Shown piece by piece: positions 51,122 to 62,014 of a stretch of 64,000 nt of DNA. Location of the stretch: assembly GCA_027622665.1 (NCBI GenBank), contig JAQBYT010000012.1:1-64000 (forward strand), written 5' to 3'. Below the pieces are notes generated by a model. It searched no databases, had not been told where the DNA came from, and saw only the letters and a list, made by a program, of their open reading frames with translations. Position numbers and translations under genes: made by a program. The stretch's first letter is position 1. Each line of letters starts with the position of its first letter. Origin of the DNA: Verrucomicrobiota bacterium (GTDB lineage Bacteria > Verrucomicrobiota > Verrucomicrobiia > Opitutales > Seribacteraceae).

Positions 51122-52684
51122 ATGAGCAGCGAAATTCATTTGCCCGACATCGGAGCCGATCAAGCCGAGGTTACCGAGATTTTAGTAAAGGTCGGAGACG
51201 TAGTCGAATTGGAGACTCCGTTGATTGCAATTGAGGGGGACAAGGCTGCAATGGAGGTGCCGTCTCCACTGGCGGGGACTGTTGAAGAAATTAGGATTTC
51301 CGTAGGGGACGAAGTGTCCACGGGAGCACTGATCCTTCTTTTAGACTCTGTGGAATCCGAAACTCCTCAAACTGAAGTTAAAGAATCACCGACCGATGCT
51401 TCAAGCGTGGCACCCTCACCCGAAGATAAGGAAGTGCATCTTCCTGACATCGGAGCGGATGAAGTGGAAGTAACTCAGGTTATCGTGGCCGTTGGCGATT
51501 CAGTTGAAGCCGATGCCTCATTGATTGCGGTTGAGGGGGACAAGGCTGCAATGGAAGTACCTTCTCCTTTCGCGGGAGTCGTGAAGGAAATTAAAGTGGC
51601 CACCGGAGACATGCTGTCCACAGGTGCATTGATCATGATTTTCGAGGTCACTTCATCGGTGGCCGAACCCAAGCCCGCGCCACCTTCCGGTTCCTCCCAA
51701 TCAAAGCCTCAACCGGTCGCATCCAGTCCTGTAAAGAAAAGCACAGCCATACCATCAGAGACATTTGTTGAAAACCGGGAATATGCTCACGCATCTCCAG
51801 TTGTTAGGCGGCTGGCAAGAGAGTTCGGGGTCAACTTGGCTAAAGTCAAGGGCACGGGTCGGAAAAATCGCATACTCAAGGAAGATGTTCAGGAATACGT
51901 CAAGGAAGCTCTCCGTCGTCTTGATTCCGGAGGGGGAGGATTGGATTTGCTTCCATGGCCTGAAGTGGATTTTGCCAAGTTCGGGGAAGTGGAGAAGAAG
52001 CCCCTTACGAGAATCCAAAAACTTACCGGAGCCAACCTGCACCGTAATTGGGTTCGGATTCCTCACGTCACTCAATGGGATGAGGTGGACGTAACCGAGT
52101 TGGAAAGCCTACGGAAGAAACGGAACGTAGAAGAGGCCAAAAAGGAAACCGGTGTAAAATACACGATTCTTGTTTTTGTCATGCAAGCCGTCGCCAAGGC
52201 TCTGCAGAATCTACCTCCGATGAATTCCTCTTTATCCTTGGATGGCAAAAGTTTGATTCTCAAGAAATACGTCGACATTGGCATTGCCGTGGATACGCCC
52301 AACGGACTTGTTGTCCCTGTAGTACGGGGAGTAGACAGGAAGTCTGCCGAGGAGCTAACCCATGACCTGTTTTCTCTTTCAGCCAAGGCTCGGGACGGGA
52401 AGCTTACCAAGGAAGAGATGATGGGGTCGAGCTTCACTATTTCCAGCCTCGGTGGTCTCGGAGGTACTGCATTTACTCCCATAGTGAATGCCCCCAACGT
52501 AGGAATTCTCGGACTGTCCCGATCTGCGCAGAAACCAGTTTGGAATGGTAAATCCTTCGACCCTCGACTCATGTTGCCTCTGTCTCTTTCTTATGATCAT
52601 CGAGTAATCGATGGAGCCGATGGCGTCCGCTTTCTGAATTTCCTCAAGGAAGCGTTAAGCGAAGTTGCCGACAACGGGGCTTGA
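51122..52684 (+). CDS. aceF: Dihydrolipoamide acetyltransferase E2 (two lipoyl domains)
   Basis: Two EGDKA lipoyl motifs; [16 protein letters not shown]3-binding domain; [10 protein letters not shown] catalytic motif. Confidence 0.96.
   Translation: MSSEIHLPDIGADQAEVTEILVKVGDVVELETPLIAIEGDKAAMEVPSPLAGTVEEIRISVGDEVSTGALILLLDSVESETPQTEVKESPTDASSVAPSPEDKEVHLPDIGADEVEVTQVIVAVGDSVEADASLIAVEGDKAAMEVPSPFAGVVKEIKVATGDMLSTGALIMIFEVTSSVAEPKPAPPSGSSQSKPQPVASSPVKKSTAIPSETFVENREYAHASPVVRRLAREFGVNLAKVKGTGRKNRILKEDVQEYVKEALRRLDSGGGGLDLLPWPEVDFAKFGEVEKKPLTRIQKLTGANLHRNWVRIPHVTQWDEVDVTELESLRKKRNVEEAKKETGVKYTILVFVMQAVAKALQNLPPMNSSLSLDGKSLILKKYVDIGIAVDTPNGLVVPVVRGVDRKSAEELTHDLFSLSAKARDGKLTKEEMMGSSFTISSLGGLGGTAFTPIVNAPNVGILGLSRSAQKPVWNGKSFDPRLMLPLSLSYDHRVIDGADGVRFLNFLKEALSEVADNGA
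51231..51555 (+). repeat. 25-bp identical direct repeat within the tandem lipoyl domains
   Basis: TTGAGGGGGACAAGGCTGCAATGGA at 51231-51255 and 51531-51555, exactly 300 bp apart. Confidence 0.85.
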
Positions 52685-52694
52685 GTCTGCACCC

Positions 52695-54119
52695 ATGAGT
52701 AAGGAAATCAAGACACAGGTTGCCATTCTAGGGTCGGGGCCGGCTGGTTACGCCGCCGCCTTCCGCTGCGCTGACCTTGGATTTGACACGATAATTATTG
52801 AACGTCACTCCACGCTTGGCGGAGTTTGCCTCAACGTCGGGTGCATCCCTTCCAAAGCTCTCTTGCACCTTGCCAAGGTGATCAAGGATGCGAAATCCAT
52901 GGAAGAGCATGGCGTCAGCTTCGGAGAGCCCGTAATTGACATCACTAAGGTGCGGCAGTGGAAGGAACAAGTAATTGGAAAACTTACGGATGGTCTCGGA
53001 GGCATGGCCAAAATGAGGAAATGCCAAGTCCTTAACGGACAAGGTAAATTCACCGGGCCTAATCATATCCAAGTGGAAAGCGGTGACGAAACGACATCCG
53101 TGAATTTCGAGCATGCTATTTTGGCCGTGGGTTCTCGTCCCATTGAACTGCCATTTATTCCGCATGAAGATCCTCGAATCTGGGATTCTACCGATGCCTT
53201 GGAACTGAAGGAGATTCCGAATCGACTTCTTCTCATGGGCGGAGGAGTGATTGGACTCGAAATGGGGATGGTCTATCATGCCCTTGGCTCCAAGCTGGAT
53301 GTCGTCGAAATGTTCGACCAGTTAATGCCCGCCGCCGACAAGGATGTCGCAAAAACTTTTACCGGAACAATTGCAGACGACTATAACATAATGCTCGAAA
53401 CCAAGGTGACTGCAGTCGATGCGACACCCGAATGCATCTCGGTCACCATGGAGTCGAAGGACGGCAGCAAGGAAATCCGCGATTACGATGCCGTTCTAGT
53501 GGCCATCGGTCGAACGCCAAACGGGCTATTGATCGATGCCGACAAAGCAGGTGTAGAGGTCGATGAGAAAGGCTTTCTAAAGGTAGACAAACAAATGCGG
53601 ACAAACGTGCCGCACATATACGCCGTTGGCGATGTGGTGGGGCAGCCTATGCTCGCGCACAAGGGAGCCCACGAAGGTCACGTCGCGGCCGAAGTAATCG
53701 CCGGAAAAAAACATTTTTTCGATCCCAAGGTTATCCCCTCCATAGCCTACACCGATCCCGAAGTCGCATGGGTCGGCAAAACGGAACGAGAAGCAAAAGC
53801 CGAGGGCATAGGGTACGGAAAAGCCATCTTCCCATGGGCTGCATCCGGACGCGCCTTGGCATCGGACTGCGCCGAAGGTATGACGAAACTCATTTTTGAA
53901 AAAGAATCCAACCGCATAATAGGAGGCGCGGTAGTAGGAACGAATGCAGGCGAAGTTCTAGGGGAAATCGGATTGGCCATTGAAATGGGATGCGATGCCG
54001 AGGATCTAGCTCTAACCATTCATGCCCACCCTACCCTACACGAATCGGTCGGACTCGCCGCAGAAATGTTCGAAGGCACGATAACCGACCTTCCTAATCC
54101 GAAAGCAACGAAGAAATAA
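52695..54119 (+). CDS. lpdA: Dihydrolipoamide dehydrogenase E3
   Basis: GSGPAG; GGVCLNVGCIPSK; GGGVIGLE; HAHPTLHE. ATG 52695 (MSKEIK) is preferred. Confidence 0.96.
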   Translation: MSKEIKTQVAILGSGPAGYAAAFRCADLGFDTIIIERHSTLGGVCLNVGCIPSKALLHLAKVIKDAKSMEEHGVSFGEPVIDITKVRQWKEQVIGKLTDGLGGMAKMRKCQVLNGQGKFTGPNHIQVESGDETTSVNFEHAILAVGSRPIELPFIPHEDPRIWDSTDALELKEIPNRLLLMGGGVIGLEMGMVYHALGSKLDVVEMFDQLMPAADKDVAKTFTGTIADDYNIMLETKVTAVDATPECISVTMESKDGSKEIRDYDAVLVAIGRTPNGLLIDADKAGVEVDEKGFLKVDKQMRTNVPHIYAVGDVVGQPMLAHKGAHEGHVAAEVIAGKKHFFDPKVIPSIAYTDPEVAWVGKTEREAKAEGIGYGKAIFPWAASGRALASDCAEGMTKLIFEKESNRIIGGAVVGTNAGEVLGEIGLAIEMGCDAEDLALTIHAHPTLHESVGLAAEMFEGTITDLPNPKATKK

Positions 54120-54210
54120 GCTTTTTCCTGTCTAAGGCTTCTAAGCAACGGTATATCGTCTGTATTCTAATTAAGGGATTTAAACCTTAAACAAAACCCG
54201 AAATTCGACC

Positions 54211-55608
54211 CTATAAGGCGGAATAGACGGCGGACAAGGTATCCTTGGCATCCCCGAAGAGCATATCGGTATTGTCCTTGAAGTAGAGTGGGTTTTCCAC
54301 TCCGGAATATCCGGCAGCCATGCTACGCTTCAAAGCCACGACGTGCTTTGCCTTCCAAGCTTCGATGACCGGCATACCGGCAATCGGGCTACTCGAATCT
54401 TCCAAGGCGGACGGATTTACTATGTCGTTCGCGCCGACTACCAAAAGAACATCCACCTCTGGTAAATCGTCATTGATTTCATCCATCTCCAGCACGATGT
54501 CGTAGGGTACGTTGGCCTCGGCCAAGAGTACGTTCATGTGCCCGGGAAGACGTCCGGCCACGGGGTGAATAGCAAATCGCACGTTCACGTCCTGAGAACG
54601 AAGGGTCTCCGCAATATCCCTCACCACGTGTTGCGCCTGGGCCACAGCCATTCCATAACCGGGAACAATGACGACCTCTTTAGCTTCCTTGAGAGCGGCG
54701 GCCACTTCGGCGGCGGATGTTTCCGTAACCGTTCCCTGATGACCTTCGCCGCCACTTGAGGATTTCCCTGCATTCGCTCCGAACCCACCGAAAATAACGT
54801 TGGCCAAGCTTCTGTTCATGGCCTTGCACATGATGTAACTGAGAATGGCTCCACTGCTGCCGACGAGAGCGCCGGTAATGATAAGCAAATCATTCTGCAA
54901 CATAAACCCCGCCGCTACCGCGGCCCAACCGGAATAGCTGTTGAGCATCGATACGACGACGGGCATGTCCGCTCCGCCAATGGCCATGATGAGGTGGATT
55001 CCCAAAACGAGAGAAATTGCAGTGACCACGAGCAAGGCGTGCAGCGCCGGATCCCCCGAACCATTCATAAAGGCTGAACCATACCAAACGCATGCCACCA
55101 ACATACCCACATTGAGAAGGTGACGAGCGGGCAAAAGAAGGGGCTTGCCTGAGATGGATCCTCGAAGTTTACCGAAAGCGATCACTGAACCGCTAAAAGT
55201 TATACTTCCGATAAACACACCTAAAACGACCTCGATTTCGTGAATGAGCTTTGCCGTACCTTCGTGGTCCTGATGCTCAAGGTAACTGGCGATTCCAACC
55301 AGTACGGCGGCCATTCCTACGAAACTGTGAAGGATGGCCACCAACTCGGGCATGGCCGTCATCTCGACTCGCTTCGCCAAAACGGCTCCGATCAGGCCTC
55401 CGACCAACATTAGGGGTATGAGCAACTCGAAGTTCGGGGCTGTGCTTCCTAAAAGTGTGGCGAGCGTCGCGAGGATCGCTAGAAGCATCCCGAGAATGCC
55501 ATACAGGTTTCCACGTCGCGCAGTCTCCTGCTTGGAGAGCCCCCCGAGACTGAGGATGAACAATAACCCCGAAACGAGATAAGCCGAAGTAACGAGACCG
55601 CTACTCAT
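54211..55608 (-). CDS. pntB: NAD(P) transhydrogenase subunit beta
   Basis: [57 protein letters not shown]. Confidence 0.96.
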   Translation of the reverse strand: MSSGLVTSAYLVSGLLFILSLGGLSKQETARRGNLYGILGMLLAILATLATLLGSTAPNFELLIPLMLVGGLIGAVLAKRVEMTAMPELVAILHSFVGMAAVLVGIASYLEHQDHEGTAKLIHEIEVVLGVFIGSITFSGSVIAFGKLRGSISGKPLLLPARHLLNVGMLVACVWYGSAFMNGSGDPALHALLVVTAISLVLGIHLIMAIGGADMPVVVSMLNSYSGWAAVAAGFMLQNDLLIITGALVGSSGAILSYIMCKAMNRSLANVIFGGFGANAGKSSSGGEGHQGTVTETSAAEVAAALKEAKEVVIVPGYGMAVAQAQHVVRDIAETLRSQDVNVRFAIHPVAGRLPGHMNVLLAEANVPYDIVLEMDEINDDLPEVDVLLVVGANDIVNPSALEDSSSPIAGMPVIEAWKAKHVVALKRSMAAGYSGVENPLYFKDNTDMLFGDAKDTLSAVYSAL

Positions 55609-57152
55609 TTGCGAAACATCTTCAACATGCGTTGAGTAACAAGAAAGCCACCGGCAATATTAATGGTGGCAAACAAAATGGCTACCCCCGACAACCAAGG
55701 AAGCCAAGGATGATGAGACCCCGAGACGAACAGCATACCACCGATCACGATAATGCCACTGATGGCGTTCGTTACACTCATCAAGGGAGTGTGAAGGGCG
55801 GGAGTAACGTTCCAAATCACCATGTAACCGATAAAACAGGAGAGTACGAAAACAGTGATTTGATGAAGAAATACCCCCTCGGTAGGACTGATCCATCCAA
55901 GGCCAAGTAAAGCCAGACAAACGAGTCCAAGCAAAACACCCGGACTAAAGAGAGACGATTTCGATTTAGCGTCGGAAGATTGAGGCTCCACTGCTTCGTT
56001 TCTCGTTTCGACTATTGGAGCAGGCGAAGGTTCTGCTGGCTTGGGTGGCGGCCAAGTCACCTCGCCCCCCTTCGTTACGGTCGCGCCGCGAAGGATTTCG
56101 TCTTCGAAATCGATGGTGAAATTTTCAGGTCCACCAAGCAGTTGAAGAAGTTTTGTCAAATTATTGCCGTAGAGACGGCTTGACTGCGTAGGCAAACGAG
56201 AGGGTAAGTCGGAGTAACCGAGAATAGTGACCCCGTGAACTCGGTTGGCTTTGCCGGACACCGTCAGTTCGCAGTTGCCGCCACCATCGGCTGCAAGATC
56301 CACGATCACGGATCCCTCCTTCATGCTCTTCACCATTTCCTCCGTGATCAGAATGGGCGCTTTCTTGCCGGGAATCATCGCCGTTGTCACGATTATGTCG
56401 ACCTCTGCCGCTTGCTCGGCGAAAAGTTTCATCTCGGCCTCGATGAACTCCTTGCTCATCACCTTGGCATAACCGCCAGAACCTGAACCATCTTCCTCGA
56501 AATCCAGTTCCAAAAACTCTGCTCCAAGGCTCTTGACCTCTTCTTTAACGGCGGGGCGGGTATCAAAAGCCCTTACGATGGCCCCCATGTTTCGGGCTGT
56601 GCCGATAGCCGAGAGTCCCGCCACCCCAGCTCCGATCACGAGAACCTTTGCAGGGGGCACCTTGCCCGCCGCCGTAATCTGACCCGTGAAGAAACGGCCG
56701 AACTCATGAGCCGCCTCCACCATTGCGCGATAGCCCGCCACGTTCGCCATCGAGCTGAGGGCATCCATCGACTGGGCTCGAGAAATCCGTGGCACACAGT
56801 CCATGGCGATCGCGTTGACCTTCCTTTCGGCCAAGCTCTTTACTAATTCCTCGTTCTGGGCCGGCTGGATAAAACAGATGAGGGTCGCTCCCTCTTTCAA
56901 AAGCGAAACCTCCTCTTCGGAAGGAGGTCTAATCTTCAGGACGAGATCGGCCTTCGCCCAAACCTCTGTCGCTTCGAGCAAAACACTAGCTCCCGCCTCC
57001 TCGTAGGAAACATCGGGCAAACGAGCCTCAGCCCCCGCGCTCGCCTCCACCACTACCTCGTAACCAAGCTTGCGGAATTGCTCCACATTTTCGGGAGCAA
57101 CCGCCACACGACGCTCGCCAAGAAAAGTCTCTTTAGGAATTCCTATGATCAT
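55605..57152 (-). CDS. pntA: NAD(P) transhydrogenase subunit alpha (single-chain)
   Basis: [39 protein letters not shown]; overlaps the pntB start. Confidence 0.96.
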   Translation of the reverse strand: MIIGIPKETFLGERRVAVAPENVEQFRKLGYEVVVEASAGAEARLPDVSYEEAGASVLLEATEVWAKADLVLKIRPPSEEEVSLLKEGATLICFIQPAQNEELVKSLAERKVNAIAMDCVPRISRAQSMDALSSMANVAGYRAMVEAAHEFGRFFTGQITAAGKVPPAKVLVIGAGVAGLSAIGTARNMGAIVRAFDTRPAVKEEVKSLGAEFLELDFEEDGSGSGGYAKVMSKEFIEAEMKLFAEQAAEVDIIVTTAMIPGKKAPILITEEMVKSMKEGSVIVDLAADGGGNCELTVSGKANRVHGVTILGYSDLPSRLPTQSSRLYGNNLTKLLQLLGGPENFTIDFEDEILRGATVTKGGEVTWPPPKPAEPSPAPIVETRNEAVEPQSSDAKSKSSLFSPGVLLGLVCLALLGLGWISPTEGVFLHQITVFVLSCFIGYMVIWNVTPALHTPLMSVTNAISGIIVIGGMLFVSGSHHPWLPWLSGVAILFATINIAGGFLVTQRMLKMFRK

Positions 57153-57296
57153 TCAGAAAAAAGAAGTCCATCCAAGTGGCTCAAATCGGGGTTCCTGTAA
57201 AGGAAAAGTTATTGCAATTAAAAATGCTCCAGCAATTCATGAATTTTAGATTCTGACCAAACCACTGACGCATTACCTTCTACGGATTATCGTATT

Positions 57297-57876
57297 AGTT
57301 TTTGGGCTAGCACAAACAGCATCAAGCAACTTCATCCACGAACCCATATAGTGGCCATGCTCCCAGAAGATACGACTGCTGACGAGATTGCCATCAATAA
57401 CGCAAGGTTCTATCGACAGAAGTGCCGCCACACACCTCTAGATCGAATTTGCACTTGGCCACAGTAGCCATGCGACAACCATGCGGAAAAGTCGGCCCGA
57501 GCGGGAATTCAGACGCCGTTACAGAAGCTAGCTCTGGGTGCGTTCTTCTCAAAAAACAGTGCGTTATACAGAGAAAATCCTCGTCCTCGCGAATGTACTC
57601 AGGAGCATGTCCGCCACTGAAAAAGATACCTGGATATTCTTCAGGATTAACATCCTTGAAGGCAATTTCAGCGGGCATCGCATAACCCTCCCATTACGGG
57701 GTAATGGTCCATCCCTGCTTAAGGCCTGATGCATAACCATTTGGGTATTCGCACTGCTCGGGTGCGGCCATAACGGGTTCGAGTCCGCCCTCGATGAGGC
57801 GGATGTATGGAGACATGGTGTCAATAGTCTCTGAAGCATCACCGAAAATAATAAGAACTTTTGATTTATCGCTATT
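57297..57876 (-). pseudogene. DJ-1/PfpI family pseudogene
   Basis: Pieces in different frames: KVLIIFGDASETIDT; GWTIT; EEYPGIFFSGGHAPEYIRED; MATVAKCKFDLEVCGG; EPCVIDGNLVS...HGHYMGSW. No clean ATG at the expected start. Confidence 0.78.
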
Positions 57877-57962
57877 GAGACTTCCCTTGTGCCGAAATAT
57901 AAGATGGGCAAGCATCTAATTATTTCTTGCTTGCAGTATATCACTTGGAGAAGATGCGAGGC

Positions 57963-59294
57963 ATGAATCAACCATCATCCAGACGCACCTTTCTCGGGCA
58001 AGCCGGCGGCGGCATCGCCTTTCCTTTCTTAGCAAAGAGCTCATGGGCCAAGTCACCCCCGAGCGAAACCGTGCGTCACGCCAGCTTTGGTGGGGGCGGC
58101 ATGGCCGGGGCGGACGTTGGTTCCATCTCCTCTCATCCAAACGTCACCGTGGCGGCCATCGTCGAGATCGACGCCGGACGACGGAAACAGATACAGCAAC
58201 GCTTTAGCAAAGCCACAGTCTACGCAGACTGGCGCGAAATGCTCGAGAAGGAGGCGAACAATCTCGACACGGTAAACATCTCCGTGCCAGATCATATGCA
58301 CGCCTGCATGGGAATGTCGGCGATGCAACGCGGATTACACGTTTACGGACAGAAACCGTTGACGCACGACGTTTTCGAATCACGCGCCCTGACCGAGTAT
58401 GCAAAGGAAAAGAAACTCGTTACTCAGATGGGCATCCAAATCCACTCCTCTTCACAGTATCGTACTGCCGTGCAACTGGTACACGACGGAGTAATAGGTA
58501 AGGTGAAGGAAGCTCACTCCTTCAGCAACAAGCGTTGGGGAGACTCTAACCCAAAACCGGACCGAAAGGATCCCGTTCCCGAAGGCTTCAACTGGGACAA
58601 CTGGATCGGGCCTGCTCCCTACACCGACTTTCTCAAGGGTTACTATCACCCGGGCCAATGGCGCAAACGCTTGGACTATGGCACGGGCACTTTTGGGGAC
58701 ATGGGCTGCCATATCTACGACCCCGTATTCAAGGCGCTCGGTCTCACCTACCCCATCTCCCTCCGCTCCGAGGGACCCATGCCAAACGACCACAACTGGG
58801 GCTTCGACGCCAAGATCCACTACATTTTCCCGAACACCCCATATTCAGCAGGCAAAACCCTAGCCGTAACTTGGTATGACGGTGGCGCCCGCCCACCCGC
58901 CGAGGTCACCAAACTCCTTGAGGGGAAGAAGCTGCCCGGACAAGGCTCCGTGGTAATAGGAACGAAGGGCACGATGCTCATCCCACATGTCGGAAATCCC
59001 GAACTTTTCCCAAAAAAGGACTTTGCCGACTTCAAAATACCTAAGGTGGAAGGGATAAACCACTGGCACAGCTTCATCGATGGCGCCCGTGGCGCAGGTC
59101 CCATGCCATCGGCCAATTTCTCCTATGCCGGCCCCTTGTCCGAAACCGTCCTGCTGGGAGGAGTTGCCACCCGTTTCCCAAAAGAAACATTGCGATGGGA
59201 GGCGGAAAAACTGTCCTTTTCCGGAAACGAAAAAGCTACGGCTCTCATCCGCAAGAAATACCGCAAAGGTTGGGAAGTCGAAGGTCTAGGCTAA
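57963..59294 (+). CDS. Gfo/Idh/MocA oxidoreductase, Tat signal
   Basis: SRRTFLG; GGGGMA; VPDHMH; HVYGQKPL; GDMGCH. Confidence 0.9.
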   Translation: MNQPSSRRTFLGQAGGGIAFPFLAKSSWAKSPPSETVRHASFGGGGMAGADVGSISSHPNVTVAAIVEIDAGRRKQIQQRFSKATVYADWREMLEKEANNLDTVNISVPDHMHACMGMSAMQRGLHVYGQKPLTHDVFESRALTEYAKEKKLVTQMGIQIHSSSQYRTAVQLVHDGVIGKVKEAHSFSNKRWGDSNPKPDRKDPVPEGFNWDNWIGPAPYTDFLKGYYHPGQWRKRLDYGTGTFGDMGCHIYDPVFKALGLTYPISLRSEGPMPNDHNWGFDAKIHYIFPNTPYSAGKTLAVTWYDGGARPPAEVTKLLEGKKLPGQGSVVIGTKGTMLIPHVGNPELFPKKDFADFKIPKVEGINHWHSFIDGARGAGPMPSANFSYAGPLSETVLLGGVATRFPKETLRWEAEKLSFSGNEKATALIRKKYRKGWEVEGLG

Positions 59295-59318
59295 GACTTA
59301 CCCGTAGCAAAAAAACCT

Positions 59319-60986
59319 TTAAAAGTCGCCAAAGAGACTGCTCTTGCCAGCCTTTTTCGCTCGGCAGTCCTTGCAGACGCAAGCGGACCCGTGGTCGTTT
59401 TCAGCCTTTGATTTAGGTTTGCGGGGATCGGGGCGTACTGGTTTTGATGCAACCGAGTCAAGGATGTTGGCAGGCTTTTGCGGTTGCAATGGCCGACCGG
59501 TAGTAATGCCGGGAGTCGATCCCCCGGCGACTACGGGCGTCTCAGGGGACGATGCCTTAACGGGAAGAGTTGGCTTTGCTCCAGACGACAATCCAGTCAC
59601 CGAGGTAGGCTTGGGACGAAATGATGGGGTGCCAGGCTTCGAGAGCAAGGAATTGACTTCGCTAGACACCTTGTGAGCATGGGCAAGGTAGCGGGGTCGA
59701 GCAGCCTCCGCGAAATTGGTATGGGCGATTGGCACGGATGCGAGAAACTTATCGCTTGTAGACTGCGACACGATAAGAACTGCTGGTGCACTGGGGTGAA
59801 AACGAAGTGCCTTGAGAGCATTCCCTGATGGAACGGGAATCTTCACTTGTTGCGTACGGTCCTGCAAGGTGACCAACTTGTTGCCCTGGATGTGCAAGGG
59901 AAAAACTAAAGTCGAATTCTTCAAGGCCCAAGCAACCACCTTGGCATCGTCACCAGGTGACTCGGCTTGAGTTTGCACAGGGCGAACGGAAGGCGTTGGA
60001 GTGGAGGCAACAACGGTCGGAGAGCTAGCAACCATCGACTTGGAAGCCGATGCCAACCGCCGCTCGACGTCCGCAAGCTGTCCCTTGAGTTGGTTAAGCT
60101 CCACATCCTTACCCATCGACTCGGAAACTTGGGCTAGAAGGTCCTCTCTCTCCTTCGAAAGTTTCGCTTTCTCTGCTTTCAAAATTTCATTCTGAGACTC
60201 CAAACGAGCCTTCAGTCCTTGATAAAATTCTTCGTTTTCGGTAAGCTCATCGACTTTCTCCTGAAGCGTCGAGTCGCCTACGGCAGTTTCCCCACCCCCA
60301 CCCGTAACGAGAGAAACAGTCAAGCCTGCCAGGCTTAAAACCGCTACGAGAGTAGCCGCAATAGCAGGCCAACCAAAGGAAGATTTCTTGACCGACTGCC
60401 CCTTGAAGGCGTCCTGCATACCCTTTACCTTGCCCTGCATTTGCCGAAGAGCCTGATCCTTGGTCGAACCGGTGTGGGAAGCCTGCTTCAATTGATGCAA
60501 GGAAGCTTGTAACTCCTTGCCCATGTCGACGACCTTTCCGTTACCCTCGACAAGACGATTCGATAAAATGCTCGCTATGTTTAAGCAGAGTTGTCCACCC
60601 GCGGGACCACCTTGGCCAATGAACTCAAGCATGCGCTCGTGATCGATGCGCCACAAAATACTTTCACCCGAGGCCTGAACGTCGGCGGAAGCGACTCCAC
60701 CACTAAGAAAAGCCATTTCACCAAAGGCTTCACCCTGCCCAAGAGAAGCTATAAATTGGCTTTGCCCTTGATCGTTTCTCTTGTTAATGCCGACTTCACC
60801 CGAAATAACAAGGTAAAGGTAGTTCTGCTGCTGCCCGTCGGCGACAAGAGTTTCGTCATCGGCAAGCACCCATTCACCCGCGAACTTGAGAGCCTCCAAG
60901 TTGAATTCGTCGATATTTGCACACAAACCCTCAAGCGGCATTTCATAGCCTGCTTCTTCCACGTCTTCACGATGCAACAATTTCAT
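59319..60986 (-). CDS. Membrane protein with N-terminal cNMP-binding domain, coiled coil and C-terminal His/Cys motif
   Basis: LYLVISGEV...LGQGEAFGEMAFL...ASADVQA (cNMP fold); one TM helix WPAIAATLVAVLSLAGLTVSLV; heptad-rich segment; HGSACVCKDC. Confidence 0.75.
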   Translation of the reverse strand: MKLLHREDVEEAGYEMPLEGLCANIDEFNLEALKFAGEWVLADDETLVADGQQQNYLYLVISGEVGINKRNDQGQSQFIASLGQGEAFGEMAFLSGGVASADVQASGESILWRIDHERMLEFIGQGGPAGGQLCLNIASILSNRLVEGNGKVVDMGKELQASLHQLKQASHTGSTKDQALRQMQGKVKGMQDAFKGQSVKKSSFGWPAIAATLVAVLSLAGLTVSLVTGGGGETAVGDSTLQEKVDELTENEEFYQGLKARLESQNEILKAEKAKLSKEREDLLAQVSESMGKDVELNQLKGQLADVERRLASASKSMVASSPTVVASTPTPSVRPVQTQAESPGDDAKVVAWALKNSTLVFPLHIQGNKLVTLQDRTQQVKIPVPSGNALKALRFHPSAPAVLIVSQSTSDKFLASVPIAHTNFAEAARPRYLAHAHKVSSEVNSLLSKPGTPSFRPKPTSVTGLSSGAKPTLPVKASSPETPVVAGGSTPGITTGRPLQPQKPANILDSVASKPVRPDPRKPKSKAENDHGSACVCKDCRAKKAGKSSLFGDF

Positions 60987-61153
60987 GGATGCTCTCCTCC
61001 GATTTATTTGCTAGCTTTCAGCTCTGTCAAAAAACATAAAACCGAACCAAGTCTGTCTTGGCAAGAGCCTTGTAAAAAAGTCTAGGAACACGTTTGAGGC
61101 AATATTGCTTCGATAAATAAGGCAGAGCCGTGCTCCGCTAAAATCGAGAAGGT

Positions 61154-61699
61154 TTAGTCCTCCGACGCTTCGCGACGCAGTTGGGCTTCGATTTCAATTT
61201 TAGCTGCGTACTCGGCCAAGGCTCGAATTACGTATTCTACCGCTTCCACCGCCTGAGGAAAAGACTTCCGGCGCTCGATCACGTCCCAGGGAGGATACTC
61301 ATAGGTGGAGAACAGATAACGAACGAAATTGCCGATGCGAAGACGAAGATAAAATTCAGTTATGAATTGCCTGATAAAACGTATCGGTTGCGTGGCAAAA
61401 GAAACTTTGTAGCCCAGAAAATGGGTAACCACATCAATGCACTTTTTCTTATGGGGAAAAGCCTCCAGTATTCTATCATCGCCAAGAACAATCCGTAGGA
61501 AATGGTCATCGAACTGGAAATCCACCTCGGTTGAGCCTTCGAACTTTGATTCAATTCTCCTGACAGCTTGTAGAAAGGGGCGAAAACTGGAATGAGGCTT
61601 GTTGACAGGCCCAGAGCGAGCCTTCTCTTCCTGCTCACGACGAAGTAACTCTTCACGAGCTGAAGCCACTTCACTGTTAAAGAATTCTTCAATGTTCAT
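61154..61699 (-). CDS. Hypothetical protein
   Basis: 181-aa ATG-started ORF filling the gap between co-oriented genes; no recognised motif. Confidence 0.55.
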   Translation of the reverse strand: MNIEEFFNSEVASAREELLRREQEEKARSGPVNKPHSSFRPFLQAVRRIESKFEGSTEVDFQFDDHFLRIVLGDDRILEAFPHKKKCIDVVTHFLGYKVSFATQPIRFIRQFITEFYLRLRIGNFVRYLFSTYEYPPWDVIERRKSFPQAVEAVEYVIRALAEYAAKIEIEAQLRREASED

Positions 61700-62014
61700 T
61701 TAAGTCAAAAAAACGGAATGGCAGATCAAGGCACGGGAACCGACAAAAGAAAAAAAACTGGGCGGCCACGGAAACAAGCTGGATATACTATACTATAGAA
61801 GCAAATAGTCACATCTTATATTAGCCAAATGTACCGAAATCATGCATTTTTTTTTACAAGATTCCCATTCCCCATTATCTAACAATCACTTATGAGATTT
61901 ATTTTTTTTAGGAATGTAAATTACAAAACGAGAAAGCAGAGTCATTCATAATAGTTTCGAACCTGAATTCAGATGCCAACAAAAGACCGGGACTCCCTCT
62001 ATTGATGAACGAAA

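Noticed and set aside
51231..51555. Direct repeat as a CRISPR array or mobile-element end
   Set aside because: Only two copies exist, both in frame within the tandem lipoyl domains of aceF.
61851..61920. Imperfect inverted repeat TTTACAAGATTCC...GGAATGTAAA
   Set aside because: It is short, gapped and in AT-rich DNA, so it is expected by chance.
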